Assembly (NCBI RefSeq): GCF_036971445.1 | Contig: NC_091482.1 | Location: 58,280,001 to 58,344,000 of the forward strand | DNA from: Narcine bancroftii | Lineage: Eukaryota | Direction of reading: 5' to 3' | Length of the DNA: 64,000 nt | In this document: piece after piece, positions 1-13,779 of the stretch | Numbering within the stretch: position 1 is the stretch's first letter | Layout: the number at the start of each line of letters is the position of its first letter | The notes under the pieces: model-generated | What the model saw: only the letters and a program-made list of their open reading frames with translations | What the model was told of the DNA's origin: nothing | The model's database searches: none | Made by a program: the position numbers and the translations under genes

Positions 1-869
1 AAATGGAGGAGCCACAGAGAATGTTCTGACATTTCCTATTGAACATCTAACAATGTTTTAATGGCTTGTAACAATGTTTAGCAACTTATAATAACATTAA
101 CAATGTTTAATATCGTTTAATAAACATTGGAAAACTCAACTTGACTTTAGTACGAGTTTGTTTGAACAAGTCATGGATAACATCGTTTTTTTATCCTCCA
201 AGTGACTATAAAGGAAAGTAGTCGCTACACTTAAGCAAATAGGAAGTTTGGAATTTGAATTGGATCGATTGGGCTCTGTTTAGAACATTTCAAACTCATG
301 GAAGCACGATTGTCAACAGCAGCATCAAGATCATTGAAAGCGGTAAGCCTTATTTAAGGATATCTTCTGTGAGTTTACTGCAAGTTTGAACACTGTTTGG
401 AGATATAGTCACTCAGACATCGGACAGATGTCTGGAGGATGCTATCCAATCCATAATTTTCCTTTTACAAAGGTTACCTTGATTAGGGGAAGGTGGTAGA
501 TTAGATTTAGTTTTTAGGGGTTTTGTTTAATTTCTATCAATTTTTATTTGGATTAATTTGGCAAATATAAGTTTCAACATAGTTTCAACCAATTCAATAA
601 TTTGTTTCTCATGTGGATTAAGGAACTGTCTAATTTAGTTCCATCCATTTTTTTGGTACTTGTATGTATATGAGATGATGCATGTTTTCCTTTAAATTTT
701 GCAAGTTTATGTGTTAAACTCAATAAAAATATTTTAAAAAGAGAAGAGAAATAGCCGCTTGTCCTTTGAGGACTGCGTTGGTTTTAGAGTTGTTACTGTG
801 CAAGCAAGGTGCCTGTGAAAGGCGGTCGGCTGAATGGAGAAGGGTAATTATGTTAGCTGCCGCAGAAGC

Positions 870-3800
870 TGTTGCTCCAAGGGGTGAGGTACCAAGGAGA
901 TGAAGGTCAAGGTACTGAGAGAAGAATTACAACATCAGGACATAGATACAAGTGGAAACTGAACTGCACTTCAAACAAGACTGAACGAGGCCAGGAAAGC
1001 AGAGAAGGGTTTGGATGCTGGGAATACAAACCCCTCAGAATTGCTGCAAAAAACATCAACAGAATTAAAGATGAGCCACAGAAAATGGATGAAGGATGTG
1101 ACACAAGATGGTGATGAAGATGCAAAGGATGTGCAATTCCAACTGGGGTAAGATATTAAGGCAACATCTGAAGTACTGAATGATATGCAACCAAGTGATA
1201 GTGTGTCAAATATTGGAAGCAGAAGAAGTTCTAGAGCAATCTCCAGAACTTCCCATACTTCAAGTGCTGCATCTGCAAGTTTGAAGGTTCAGGCAGCAGA
1301 GCAAGAATTGCTTTAAAATAAGATGGGCTTAGAAGAGCAGGAGGAGCACCCAAGGAGCAGCTATGGAGAGAAGAGGAACCGAGAAAGGAGCAGCTACAGA
1401 GAGAAGAGCAGCTGCGGGTGGAAAAAGAGGCGAAAGGATCAACTGGAACTGGATGCAAAAATTTGCTGTGATTCAGGCCAGGGCGAAGGCACCTGGAGGC
1501 TCAGCTATTTGGTGTTCAAAGTAAATTATCAAAAGCGTTTAATGTTATGGAGTCACATTTTGAGGAAGAACAACAGAAAAAGAAAAAAATATTTAATCCC
1601 ATGGCAGAGCCAGTGCCATGGTTACAAGACGTGTATCTACCCGAACAAATCATGTTAAGGCATAATGGTACCAAAGCTCAAACCCCAACAATGACAGTGC
1701 AGAGATGTGAGCCAAATACCATCTGAGTAGAGTATTTGAATCTCCTGTCAGGTAACAGAAATCCAGGCAAACAAAGTCACGTACAGTCAGGCATGAGAAG
1801 GCAAGATGAAATAGCTGCATTGTTTATCCAGTTACAGTCTCTCTGCCCAAGAGAGAGAGATTCAAGTTTTAATGGTGACCCACTTCAGTTCCCAGTATTC
1901 ATGAGAAACTTTGAATGCAATTTTGAAAGTAAGAGCCAAAACTCAGAGGATTGTCTATATTATTTGGAGCAATTCACGAGTGGACAACCACAAGAACCTG
2001 TAAGGAATTACCATCATGTGCCCCTGAACGAAGGATTCGAAAAGGCAAAATTTTTACTAAAGAAGCATTTTGGCAATGATCAAAAAATTGCAACAGCCTA
2101 TATATAGAAGGCTCTTTCATGGCCGTTAATAAAACTGGATGACATGGAAGATCTACAAGCTTACACCCTCTTTCTGAGAAGATGTCATGGCTGAGATGGG
2201 CCATCTACAAGAGCTTGACATGTCTACTGTTATGCTAATCATTTAAAATAAATTACCCTACCAGCTACTTTTATGGATTTAGTAGAGCTCATTGAAGGGC
2301 AAGTGGACGTTGTCACAGATCCAGTGTATGGAAATATCAAAGGTACTCAGACAATAAGCAAAGACGTTGAGAGGTCCAAATCACACCCTCAACCAAAATT
2401 GAAAAAAGTGCATTTGCCACCACCATTGTAGTTGCAGATGAGGAAATTAAGCAAAAGGAAAGCTTGCCTGCTGTGAAGAAATAAATGTTAGTTTGGTAAA
2501 GATAATCATGCTTGAGTGTTTCAGTTGGAAAGTGTGTCAGTTGGAAAAGAAGACATTCTGAGAAAATGGAATATGTTTTGGCTGTCAGTGTAAAGGATAC
2601 ATCAGCAAGAATGACTCAGCTGTGACAAATGCAGTCAAAAGCATCCAAAATGCTACATATCTTCCAGGAAAAGAAGAATGCGGAAAAGGAACAAACAGGA
2701 AGAAAAGAAGCAGATGAAAACAGTGCTGTAGCCTCGGTCTTACTGGGGCCAGTGAGGATGACTGCAAACTTTTAATAAAACCTGTGCAAGGCCAAGCAAG
2801 GAAGTGTAATCGTATGTTCTTGCGCATTTCTTGACCCAGGAAGCACTGTGTCATTTTGTTTAATCTTCAACGAAGAAGGTTAAAAATTCTATTGAGAACT
2901 ATAGGTCGAGTGTAAATAATTGAAACCAACGTTGTTTTGGGCTTGGAAACTGCTGGGCTGGATAGTAAGGATTTTTGTGAACTCCAAGGCGTACACGCTC
3001 AGAAAACTATGCCTATGCAAAAGGGAAGCATCCCACATCAAAACAACATTGAACTGTGGACACATTGAAAAATGTTTATTTACGTGAAGTCAACCCTGAG
3101 ATAGAGCAACAGATTGGTTCAGATGTACCAAAAGCTCTGGAACCACTAGATATGGAGTGTGGGAGATGGACCTTATGCTGTCAAAACTATGCTTGGATGG
3201 ACGATTAATGGACACGAGGAGGAAGAAATGAGGTTCAGGACCAGTTGGCTATAAGAGTCAACAAGATATCAATTGTTAAACTTGATGAGCTGTGGGAGCA
3301 GCAGTTCAAGAATGACTTTCCTGAGGGCCTCGGGGACGACAAAGAATCTTCAAAGGAAGACCAGCAGCTCTTGGATTTGGTGTCAAAATCTGTCAAGCTG
3401 GTTAATCCAAGCATTGGATTACCTTTAAAGAAAAGGGAATTCTGCATGGCCTGATTAATAAAAGTGTTGTCAAACAGCATACACTGAGCTTAAAGAGAAG
3501 ATTCAAGAAAGATCCTTTCATTCAGATTACACTGAGGCGTGTTTTGCATGATATTAAAGGTTATGCGGAGAAAGTACCAGAGGATACCTTGGAATGTGGT
3601 GATGGCAAAAAAAAAGGGGTTTGAGTGGTATTGGACCGTGGAAAAATCTTTGGGGGGGGGTGGAATTCACTAAATTCTCAGCTCTTACAAGGTCCAGATT
3701 TGACCAGTACATTGATAGAAGTCTTAACTAGATTCTGTAAAGAACCTGTTGTCATCACTGCAGACATTGAAGCAATGTTCCACCAGGTGAAAGTACTGAA

Positions 3801-5493
3801 AGAAGACCGTGACTTCCTTTGGTGGCCTGATGGAGACTACAGTCAGAGTATGGTGGAATACAAAATGACAGGGCATCTATTTGGAGCACCTCATCACCAG
3901 ATTGTGCAAATTTTGCTCTTAGGAAGAGTGCTGAGGACAGCATGAAACAGTTTAGTTCTCAAGCTATAAGCACCATCAGGAATAACTATGTGGATAATGT
4001 CTTCTATAGCTACAGAAGAAAAAGCAATAGCTCTTTATCATGAGCTTCAAGGGAGGCTTTCTACTTACTGAATGGATAAGTATCAGTCGCCATATATCGG
4101 CTGCCATACCTGAAATAGAGGGAAGAAGAAATAAAGAATCTAGACTTAGACCATGACAACCTTCCCATAGAGAGGGTGTTAGGTATACAATGGTGTATTC
4201 AGTGTGCGGTTTTTAAGTTCAAAATCATTTTGAAGGACCGACCTCTCACAAGAAGGGGGATTCAGTCAAAAGTCAGTTCAATATATGATCCCATAGGAAT
4301 ATTGACACCAGTAGTCCTGACTACCAAGAAGATCCTACAAGATTTGTGTAGGAAAGGGATTGGTTGGGATGATGAGATACCAGACTCCATTGTACAGGAA
4401 TAGACGTGTTGGATTCAGGATCTTCATAAGCTGGACGACTTCAAGATTGATGGATGCTTCAAAACCATAAATTTTGGAACTGTGACATCTGCTCAATTGC
4501 ATTATTTTGCTGATCCATGTGAAGACATTACAGAACTGTTTGTTACCTGTTACTGCCTGATAACCAGATTCAGGTACATTGTGGATTTGCAATGGGACAA
4601 GGCCAGAGTGGCTCCATTAAAAACAGCCACTATCCCTTGAATGGAGTTGACGGCTGCTACCATGGTGAGCAGAATGTTGAAAAGAGAGCAACAGATGGAA
4701 CTAACATACTCTATATTTTGGACTGATAGCACCTCAGTGCTCAAATACAATAAAACCACAAGGTTTTGAACTTTCGTGGCTAACAGAATCACTGAAATTG
4801 ATAAAGTCTCGTATCCAATACAGTGGAGATGTGTTGATGCAGTTGACATTCCTGCCGATCTGGCTTCCTGAGGTTTAAAAAGTCGAATCCTTTCTGAAAA
4901 AAGAAATGTGGGTGTCCGGGCCTCAATTTCTTCTACAGCCTCAGGAAGAGTGATCTCAAAAATACTGATAAATTCGAAGAAATCTGACCAGAAGATCTTG
5001 AAATCAAGAGTAAGACTGCAAATGCTGTTCTGATACTATCTGAATAAGGGGACCATGTTACCCACTTAATCTATTACTTCTCATCCTGGACATGTTTGAA
5101 AAAGGCAACAGAATGGATGCTCAGACTTAAGACTGCTTCTGTATCGTAGCAGAAAGGAAAAACAAACAAGCAGTTCTTGCTCAGCCTCATCTCAATTACA
5201 TTAAACAAAGAGATCCACCAAAAAGGAGGCAGGAAATCTTGAGACTCCAGGAAATCGAGGTCTCATGGTTGAAAAACTGGCTAATGGTGAGGAGGAGATC
5301 CTGTTTTTTTTTCTGTCAGGGGAAGAGATTTGCAGATGAAATTTCAAGTCTGAGCAAGGGAATTAATATTTAAAAAGACAAGCCACATTTGTAAATTCAG
5401 CCCCATTCTGGTGTATTGAGAGATGGGGGGTTGGGGGGAGGGGGGGGATTCGACTTAGCAGAGCAGCAATGTCAGAAGAGATTAAACTTCCTA
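870..5493 (+). mobile_element. Decayed BEL/Pao LTR retrotransposon internal region (gag-pol), cut by the gap
   Basis: Gag-like FNGDPLQFPVFMRNFE...LYYLEQFTSGQP (1736-2107); RT LNSQLLQGPDLT...ADIEAMFHQV...FLWW (3625-3945); LGIQW...SSIYDPIGILTPV (4176-4403); many stops and frameshifts; start approximate, no LTR seen. Confidence 0.9.
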
Positions 5494-5693
5494 NNNNNNN
5501 NNNNNNNNNNNNNNNNNNNNNNNNNNNNNNNNNNNNNNNNNNNNNNNNNNNNNNNNNNNNNNNNNNNNNNNNNNNNNNNNNNNNNNNNNNNNNNNNNNNN
5601 NNNNNNNNNNNNNNNNNNNNNNNNNNNNNNNNNNNNNNNNNNNNNNNNNNNNNNNNNNNNNNNNNNNNNNNNNNNNNNNNNNNNNNNNNNNNN
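5494..5693. other. Assembly gap (200 N)
   Basis: Run of exactly 200 N, which looks like a placeholder for a gap of unknown size. Confidence 0.99.
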
Positions 5694-8548
5694 TGACCAG
5701 AACTCTCCTCTGTGTCTAATTACAGTCATTCAATATCTCTCTTTGGAATTTATACCTTAAACTCTGCTATTTCACATTCTGTTCTTTCTTTTAAAACCAT
5801 ATTTTAAAATTATTGGTCATGGTTCCAAATATTTCATGGTTTAGTTAGTGTTGATTTATTTCTAATTTCAACTTACGTAATGCATTAAAATATTTTCCTG
5901 AGTTGAAGGTGCTAAGACTACAGACTGAACGAGCTGGTTTCCTGCTGAGTTGTTCTGACTGCCATTATCAGTGCGTAATGCCACAAAGACAAGCTTAGAG
6001 AATGTGTCAGTTTCAAAGAAGGTCCACACCCAACAATGTAAATGAGTGTGATTTCAGTCTGTCACACATTTGATTTTCATTTCTCGAGACGCGTTTTCTC
6101 TGCACATTTTGGCCCATAAATACCACAGTACAACTCCAATTATCCGAAATGGTTGGGACCAGGCCTATGTTGGATAATCGTTTATTTTTGGAGAACTGGT
6201 CATTTTTTAAAAACAGCCCAGTCGCAACAGCAAATCACTTGTATCAATGTTTAGGGGAGATTTTTTAAGCATTAAAATAATGTATAATTCTCACCAATAA
6301 AATGCTGGCTGCTGTACATCCCTGACATGTCCCAACCACCACCGCTGATCACCGAGACCTCCCAACCGCCGCTGTGGCCGAATCCTGTCACGTCCCCACC
6401 ACTGCTGTCGATTCGCAGGGAAGCTTCCCGGGCCAGTGGAACACTCACTGGTGAGTCGGCGGGCCTCTCCCCGGTCACCGGAGCTCCTGATGCCTGAGTC
6501 CGAATCCTCCCCTTAGCCTACCGCACACGTACACTGGGTGTGAACATCTCTGAGGATCTGTTTGGGGAAATCATGAAGGCTCACCAGTGGCTATATTTTT
6601 GTGAGGAATTTGAGGAGATTCATTATGTCACCAAAGACTCAAAATTTTCTACAGGTGTACTCTGGAGAGCATTTTGACTGATGTGGACAGGAGTGAAGAA
6701 AAAAAAACCTCCAGAGGGTTGTTAACTCAGCCAGTACATCACAGGCATCTGTTTTCACTCTATTAAGGACAGCTACAAGAGGGGGGTGTCTTAAGAAACC
6801 AGTCTCTATCCTCGAGGACCCTCACCACCCGAGCACCCAAATGACACAAGACAGCTTCTTCCCCTCTACCTCACTTGCTCCTATTTTTTTTGTTGTACCA
6901 TTTATTTATTTTGAAATGTAATTTTATAGCAATATATGATGCTCCGCAAAACAGCAAAATTTTGTGACCTGTTCATGACAATAAATTCTGATTCTGGTGT
7001 TCACTGCCCCAATGAACTCCAGTTGGAGTCCATTGAGCACAGTCCTATGGGCCCTGGGCCAACACAACTACATTGTAGGGCTGAGCCCACCTGGGTGAAG
7101 CCAACAAATTCAAGCAGAGACTTATTTTTTTAATGTGGGCTACTCAGTCATTTTTCTTTCATGTTTCTTTTTATCTGTTAATATTTTGTTACCCTGCTTC
7201 AATTTTATCAGATATACATCTTTAAATGTTTAAATGAGTCTTAAGATTCTCATAGGCTAAATAATTAGTTAAAAGAATGCCCAAGCTGGTTTCGGACATA
7301 ATGTCACCTGATTCAGTTTGAATGAACAGTGTAAAGATTAGCAAGGTGCCAGCTGTTATTCCTCATTACCTCATCGTGGCCTATTTTTAAAATCTGAATA
7401 GTTACCATGGTAATAAATAAAGATTGGAATTCAATCAGGCCATCCTTGTAAATATTAATACGAGTTAGAGCATAGAGTATCACAACACAGTACGTCCTTC
7501 AGCCCACGATGGGCTGACCTATATAAACCTATTCAACCTCTACCTCACACCCATATTGCACTATTTTTCTTGCATCCATGTTCCTGCCTAAGAGACTTTT
7601 AATGATGCAACCTTTTCTGTCTGTGATCTGACAGACACTGATAATTCCATTCATCTGGAGATATAGCGGAGGTGGTTTCTTTCAACTGTGGCAATTATCC
7701 ACCGAGATGTGGAGAGCAAAGCCAACAATGGCTTTCTCGATGTCACAACAGCTTTCAACTTCATCGAAGGGAAAGGAGGAGGAAAGTTTCTGTCTCATTC
7801 TCTCTCTTTCGTGAGAGAGAGATAGTGAAAATGTACTTAAATTTGCCCAGCCTTGGATGTTGGTTACTATTCTACCCTACCAATCCCTGATCCTGGGTGT
7901 GTAACAGAAACAATTGTACTGCAGACTGGAACTGAGCAAGACAACATCACAGTTCTCAACCTTCCTCCTTATAGTTGATCTTCTCACCTCCAAACAACTT
8001 TCCACCAGAGTGGAGTTCATATATCTATCTAAGTGAGATGTTTGTTATGCTTTATCATCTTCCCTCCAGAGTCTAGGTCACCCCAACCCTAGTCATTAAT
8101 GGACAGCTTATTCAGAAGCAAGGCTTTGTCAATTCATTCGCTGAAGCATCCAATAGGCTAAATATCTAGGAGTCAAATATCTTCTACCAATCTGCTTCTG
8201 CCTCTTAGCACCCACTGTCCCACTCCCAACAACACCCTGGAACACCTGGATCGCATTCTCCATCCTGAGAGCCACTTTCAGGAAAGGCAAACTTTGAAAG
8301 TGAAATTTAGCAAAAGGCCTAAATTTGGTTGGCTACCACAGGCTTTGGACAACTAAGAAAAATGAATATTCAAAGACCAAGACCTCAAACCGTGACCTGA
8401 CTTTCAACTCAGGTATGAGGTATCATCTCACTCATGAGTTGGTGACAGCTGATCCCGTCCCATCTATCAAAGTTCAAATTTATTGTCAGAGTACGTACAT
8501 GACCACACACAACCCTGTGATTCTTTTGCCTTTATAAAGGCCCTCAAC

Positions 8549-9018
8549 CACTGTTCCCTCGAAGCTGTGCGCCTGTGCGTGCACACACGAGTTTTGCAAC
8601 CAAAACACAAAGGAAATTAATGTGTGCATAAAAGGTTAGTTACCAAAATTAATCCTTTAGCTAACTGTTTCTGTTAACTAGTTAGTCAGATTTCCAAGTG
8701 CCACATTTGCACATCACCGATTTACGTCACCTCACCTGTTCCTGTCCTTTGGTTTGCACGACTGCAGCCATGTTCGGTGGACAGTGGCCAAATGGTTAAG
8801 TTTACAAAAAAATCTGCTTCAAATTCTGTAGATAGCTTACTGAGTTTTTATTGAATACAGTTTTAAGAGAGAGAAGCTGTGCCAAAATGACCTTAAAAGA
8901 ATATCGAGTTTACATTTGCACAAGCATTCAGTGCGCACATACTTTGGTCACAGGGAAAAAAATTGGCACCACTTAAGATTTTTGTGCGACTGATTACTAA
9001 AAATTTGAGGGAACTTTG
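8549..9018. mobile_element. hAT-like MITE
   Basis: TIRs CACTGTTCCCTC / GAGGGAACTTTG; 8-bp flanks CCCTCAAC / CCCTTAAC (1 mismatch). Confidence 0.75.
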
Positions 9019-10196
9019 CCCTTAACCTTCCTTTTATGAAAATTGCACCAATTTGACGGTCTGATTCTTATGCAAATGCTTATAGTTACTTAGGGGAAAT
9101 GAGCTAAATAATGTAGTCAAGATGGAAGAAATCCTGCCATTTTTTGAATCCAGGCATTGGTAGATTTTTTTTTAATCAAAGCTACAAAACACCACAAAAT
9201 TTTTCTATTTAAAAATAGTAATTTACCAAATGATACTGGGGAAATTAATGTTAAGGATGTTTGAATAAGACAATAGTAGAAACCTTCCATGACCTTTCAC
9301 ATTGATCTGATATGAACAAATGCCTCTTTGTTAGTTAAGAGTAAAGAAGACTAATTTTCATGAATGCTGAGACTTGGAGCTGCTGTGTAATTAGGCAAGT
9401 CAGAGAAAGTTGAGGAATGTGCACAGATGAGGTGAACTGGAACAACTGAATAATCTCTGCATGTTAAATATGGGCATTTCTGAATCTAAATTTGTTTAAT
9501 GGAGGTGAATGCAGAACCTAGAATAGATACTAACATTGGATTTATTCCAATCCCCAACGTCAAACTCAGTAGATAATGAGATAGTTGGCATCTGAAGCCA
9601 AGTAAATGATTTCTTCAGCACGAGTTAGAATCAAATCTCTCAGAATTGGTATTTAAATATTTATAATATAAAATAATCTGTGGAAGCTGGGGAAACTCAA
9701 TGTTTAAAAAAAAGACACCAGTTTTTCCTGATTCAAGAAATCAGTGACTGGCTGAAAAAGAGACAAAATTAAAACACATTGTAAATGATTTACTAATGGC
9801 AAATAAAAAGCCTTCAAGAGACCTAACAAGAATGGATAGGGCAGAAATAAGAGGGAAATGAACACCAGTGGGGTCGGGGAATCCGGAAGGGAACTGAACT
9901 TCTGGCATTTGCCAGTGAAAAATTAGGTAATGAGACAGGTGATAGGTTCTCCCGAACAGAGGGCAAAGTCAATCCATAAAACATGTCCTTGTTGCACAGG
10001 AGTCGGACAAGAAAGCGATAGCACAAAATATTGTGGGGAATTTTAAGAACTCATACTCAGGACAGAACAGGTTTGTATGGATGGAGGAAATTAACCAAAC
10101 TGGTAAGATTAAAAAGAAATCACATGCATATTTACATGAGGCGTACACTGACTACATTCCAATAATTTTACTCTGTAAGAATATCTGGTTATCCTT

Positions 10197-10460
10197 CAGT
10201 GGTTCTTAACCTTTTTCTTTCCATTCACACATCACTTTAAGTATTCTCTATGCCGTAAGTGTTCTGTGATTAGTAAGGGATTGCTTAAGGTGATAGGTGA
10301 TTGGAAAGAAAAAGGTTGAAAACCACTGTTTTAATCGTACCTAATTGACTCGTTATGTGCACGGTTTCAGAACTCCAATGACAATTTTTCTCAAACAAAA
10401 CATTTGTGTCCAGAGCAGTAATTCTCAACCTTCCCTTCTCACTCACGCACCACCTTAAGT
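10197..10460. mobile_element. hAT/Charlie-like composite MITE, truncated copy
   Basis: Starts CAGTGGTTCTTAACC; similar to 13456-13779 and 30998-31373. Confidence 0.75.
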
Positions 10461-11314
10461 GTCTTTGGTTTGTTGATTATTCAAGAATCCGATGGCAGCG
10501 GGGACATTATGTGATTGGACTGAGGGCTACTGGCTTCATGTTTATTTGGAAACAAAAGTAATTTGGACTCGGGGCCAAAGGGGTTAATTGCATGAAAGCA
10601 AAGAACAAGACTCAGACCTGATGCAAGGTCTGAACACAAAACATTGACCATCACCTTGTGCTCATGTGCTCTCCTTGACTTGCTGAGTTAGTTCAGTGTT
10701 TTTTTCTCCCCTCCTGATTCTTGTGTCAACATTTGGTCTTAAGAGACAGCCAAGCAGCATTGAGTACAACTCCGGTTTTTGAATAGAATTTTAAATAATA
10801 CACCTGCACTTCCTTCCCTTCAAAACAACAGCTTGCGTACAGATCTTAGCTCAAAGCCACACATACAGAGGTGCCTCCTGTCTAGGGAGAATGCAAATCA
10901 AAATGTGATGCATCAATGTTACAGCTCTCAAGTTCTCATTATCTCAAGAATTACTCTCTGATGTAGCAACATTATTGAGTGTTAACTTAAGGTTAAAATA
11001 ACGTGAACATATGGAATGGATAACCCAGAAAGACATCGTGGAAGCTTCAAAATGTTAAGAGCCAAAGAGGCTCTAAAGGTAAAGTTGCAGAAAAAATAAT
11101 GCCAATCCCAGATGATATTTCTGCTTTAGCAGTGATGGTCATATTCACTCCAACCTCAACAATTCGCTGGGCTCACAGGAAGGGAGAACCATGAGGAAAC
11201 CACCTCAATGTGACATCTTTTAACTTCATGTGGCCAAAATGCACTGCAAGGGGAGAAATAGGGTCTTTTGCAGGTGAAAAACGCTGACGCATGGCTCTGT
11301 TTACTCCTTCGCAG

Positions 11315-11425
11315 TACAATAGTGTTTGGATTCCTGACCCTGATGAGATCTGGCAGTCGGCAGAAATCACCAAGGACTACAAGAAGGGATCCGATGTACT
11401 ACATCTGCAGTTGGAAGATGGCACT
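11315..11425 (+). CDS. MYO5C: MYO5C exon 2 ([18 protein letters not shown]...LEDGT)
   Basis: cttcgcag|TAC ... ACT|gtaagt; 111 nt; N-terminal SH3-like region. Confidence 0.93.
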
Positions 11426-11542
11426 GTAAGTTGGCAAAAAAATATAAATATGTACTTATTCAAAAGCTTGCCAAATCACTCAGCTAATGCTGTTCTCATT
11501 AGAAATTCATGCCTTGTCCGCAGTATATTCTGGGATGCACGA

Positions 11543-11790
11543 GGGACATAGTTACGGTTAATGTAGCGGTTCGTGGAATTCTATTATAGCACCAGCGACC
11601 CAGGTTTGAATATCCAGCACCGTCTGTAAGGAGTTTGTACGTTCTCCCAGTGCCTGCGTGACTTTCTTCCAGGTGCCCCGATTTCCTCCCGCTCTTCAAA
11701 ATGTACCAGGATCGTAGGTTAATTGTTGTATTTGGCCGGCACAGTCTCATGGCCCGGAAGGCCATCTTACCGCGCTGTGTTAAAATTTAA
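11543..11790 (+). mobile_element. tRNA-derived V-SINE (HE1-like); related copies near 13790-13955(-), 25000-25205(-), 28110-28340, 29940-30110(-), 34006-34190, 48118-48345, 53495-53730, 55800-56025
   Basis: tRNA-like head followed by V-domain-like core GTAAGGAGTTTGTACGTTCTCCC...TTTCCTCCC; boundaries approximate. Confidence 0.8.
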
Positions 11791-11929
11791 AATTAAACTT
11801 AAAAGTAAAATTAAGGTAGTTACTGGGAGTAATGAAAGGCACTTCGTTCCACTGGAGATTCGCTGTGCAAATGGCCACCTCATAAAATGGAATATTGTCA
11901 CATCACCTTTCTGCAATTTCACCCTTATC

Positions 11930-12230
11930 CCCGTCTCAGTTCCTCTCCAAGTAGCTGGCGATTCCACTGTGGGATGCTCAGACTCTGAGGAGGTGGAGTG
12001 GGAGGTACTTGATAATGCTGGTGGTTGTATAGTTTGGGAGGTGGTGCACTCCTTTTGTTGCTTGTGCAGAGAACTGAGCCTCTTTTGATGAGCCCTCAAC
12101 CTTCTCCGTCCGGCAGGAGCTGACTGCTTCTCCCTCCCTGATGAGCTGTCCTCCAGTCTTGCCTTGCAGTGAGGTGAGCCCTTGAATGTTTGGTCAGAGG
12201 ATGCTTGACAGGACAAAAGAGCTCATGTGG
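11930..12230 (-). mobile_element. RTE-clade LINE 3' fragment
   Basis: Minus-strand translation KECTTSQTIQPPALSSTSHST resembles RTE ORF C-termini; degenerate. Confidence 0.4.
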
Positions 12231-13455
12231 TGATCAGGGAGCCTCTGGATCTTTTGTGCCCTTTCTTGCAATAAATATATTTATGGATAGATTTTTACAT
12301 AGTTGGGGAATTAAGGGATATGGGGGAAAGGCAGGTAGGTGGAGATGAGCCGATCAGCCATGATCTCATTGAATGGCGGAGCAGGCTTGACTCCTGCTCT
12401 TATTTCTTGTGATACAACTGGAGCTATTCCACAAACATCACAGATAGTGGGTAGTTCATTGATATTTATGCAGTTCCTTAAAATGCTTTTAATGTTTTGG
12501 GCCTCAAATTACTCAAGTCAATGAGTACAAATCTTTTGTTGAATTGATGAAGTAATGGAATATAATAGCTTGTAGGTTTGGCATGGAGGTAAATTTTCAA
12601 GCTGACACTTGATAGACATAGGATACGTGTTAAGTTTCTTTTGAAGTGTTTACAGTACATTGTTCCTTTTGCTCTGTCAAGCATGAGACTGCGGTGTTTG
12701 ACAGAGCTTTCGCAGAGCTGCAGACTGCCTGGAGTACAACTACTGTAATGTGGGAGTTTGGACTGAATTACTTCCACTCTAAAATAGATGGCATTAAATA
12801 TTCAACATGCTAAGAAAAAAACAAGCCTGCAAAGGTTTAAAATAAGGAGGAGAGCCAACAGCGGTATGAACAAAATAGACAGAATGTGTCACTTCATATG
12901 CATTCCTGAAAACAGTCACGTCAATTAATCAAGATAAATCATGGAAATAAAAACACAAAATGCTGGAGAAGCTCAACTGGTCAAACAGTGTCCTTTATGT
13001 AGCAAATATAGAAGCGATGTTTCAGGCTTGAGCCCTTCATCAAGGTGTGAGAGGATGTCAGCAGGCATCCGAACAAAAAGGGGAAGGGGGGGCTGTGGCA
13101 AAGGCAGGAGATGATGGGTGGAGGAAGGAGGGAGGGGACAGCAGCGATCAGGGGAGGAGGGATGGCTGGGTGGGTAGAGGGGGAAGGGAGGGGAGAACTG
13201 AAAGGAGGAGGGGAAAGAAAAGGCGAGCAAGTTTAACAGAAAGTTGACAGTGCCCAGGATGAATAAACTCGGTCTCTTCGTTTTCTTTGAGTGACATAAA
13301 AGGACGGTGTAAAATCTCGATTTTATCCTGACCCCAGTTCCCCATCTCTGTGATACTTGCACAGTCTCTCTTTTTGTGCTGCCTGCACTTCTCTGGTTTC
13401 CTCTCGCATCTGAAGAGCACACAAGGTTAACTTTTTTAACATTTTCAATTTAGAT

Positions 13456-13779
13456 CAGTGGTTCTCAACCTTTGTCTTTCCACTCACAGACCACTTTAAG
13501 TATTCCCTATGTCATCAGTGCTCTGTGATTGGTAAGGGATTGCTTAAGGTAGGATGTGGGTGGGAAGAAAAAGTTTGAAAACTGCTGTTGTAATCATCCT
13601 TCATTGATTCGTGATGTGCACGGTTTCATCACTCCAAAGGAAATGGGCCGACTACCATTTTTCTCAAGCAAAACATTTCAGTAACAATTGGTTCTCAACC
13701 TTCCCTTCCCACTCAGATCCTACCTTAAGCAATCCCTTACTAATCACAGAGCACCGATGACTTAAAGTGGGAACCACTG
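13456..13779. mobile_element. hAT/Charlie-like composite MITE
   Basis: Termini CAGTGGTTCTCAACC ... GAACCACTG; two inverted sub-units around a spacer. Confidence 0.8.

Noticed and set aside
180-750. Possible old L1 3' end (G-rich tract, AATAAA, A-rich tail)
   Set aside because: No recognisable coding motif or TSD within the window.
5416-5760. ORFs of 75-114 aa in the track
   Set aside because: They span the N gap and are artefacts.
6300-6530. GC/CpG-rich patch as a possible MYO5C promoter or exon 1
   Set aside because: No ATG...CAG|GT exon 1 pattern; it shares the GAGCTCCTGATGCC unit with the MITEs at 24153 and 54126.
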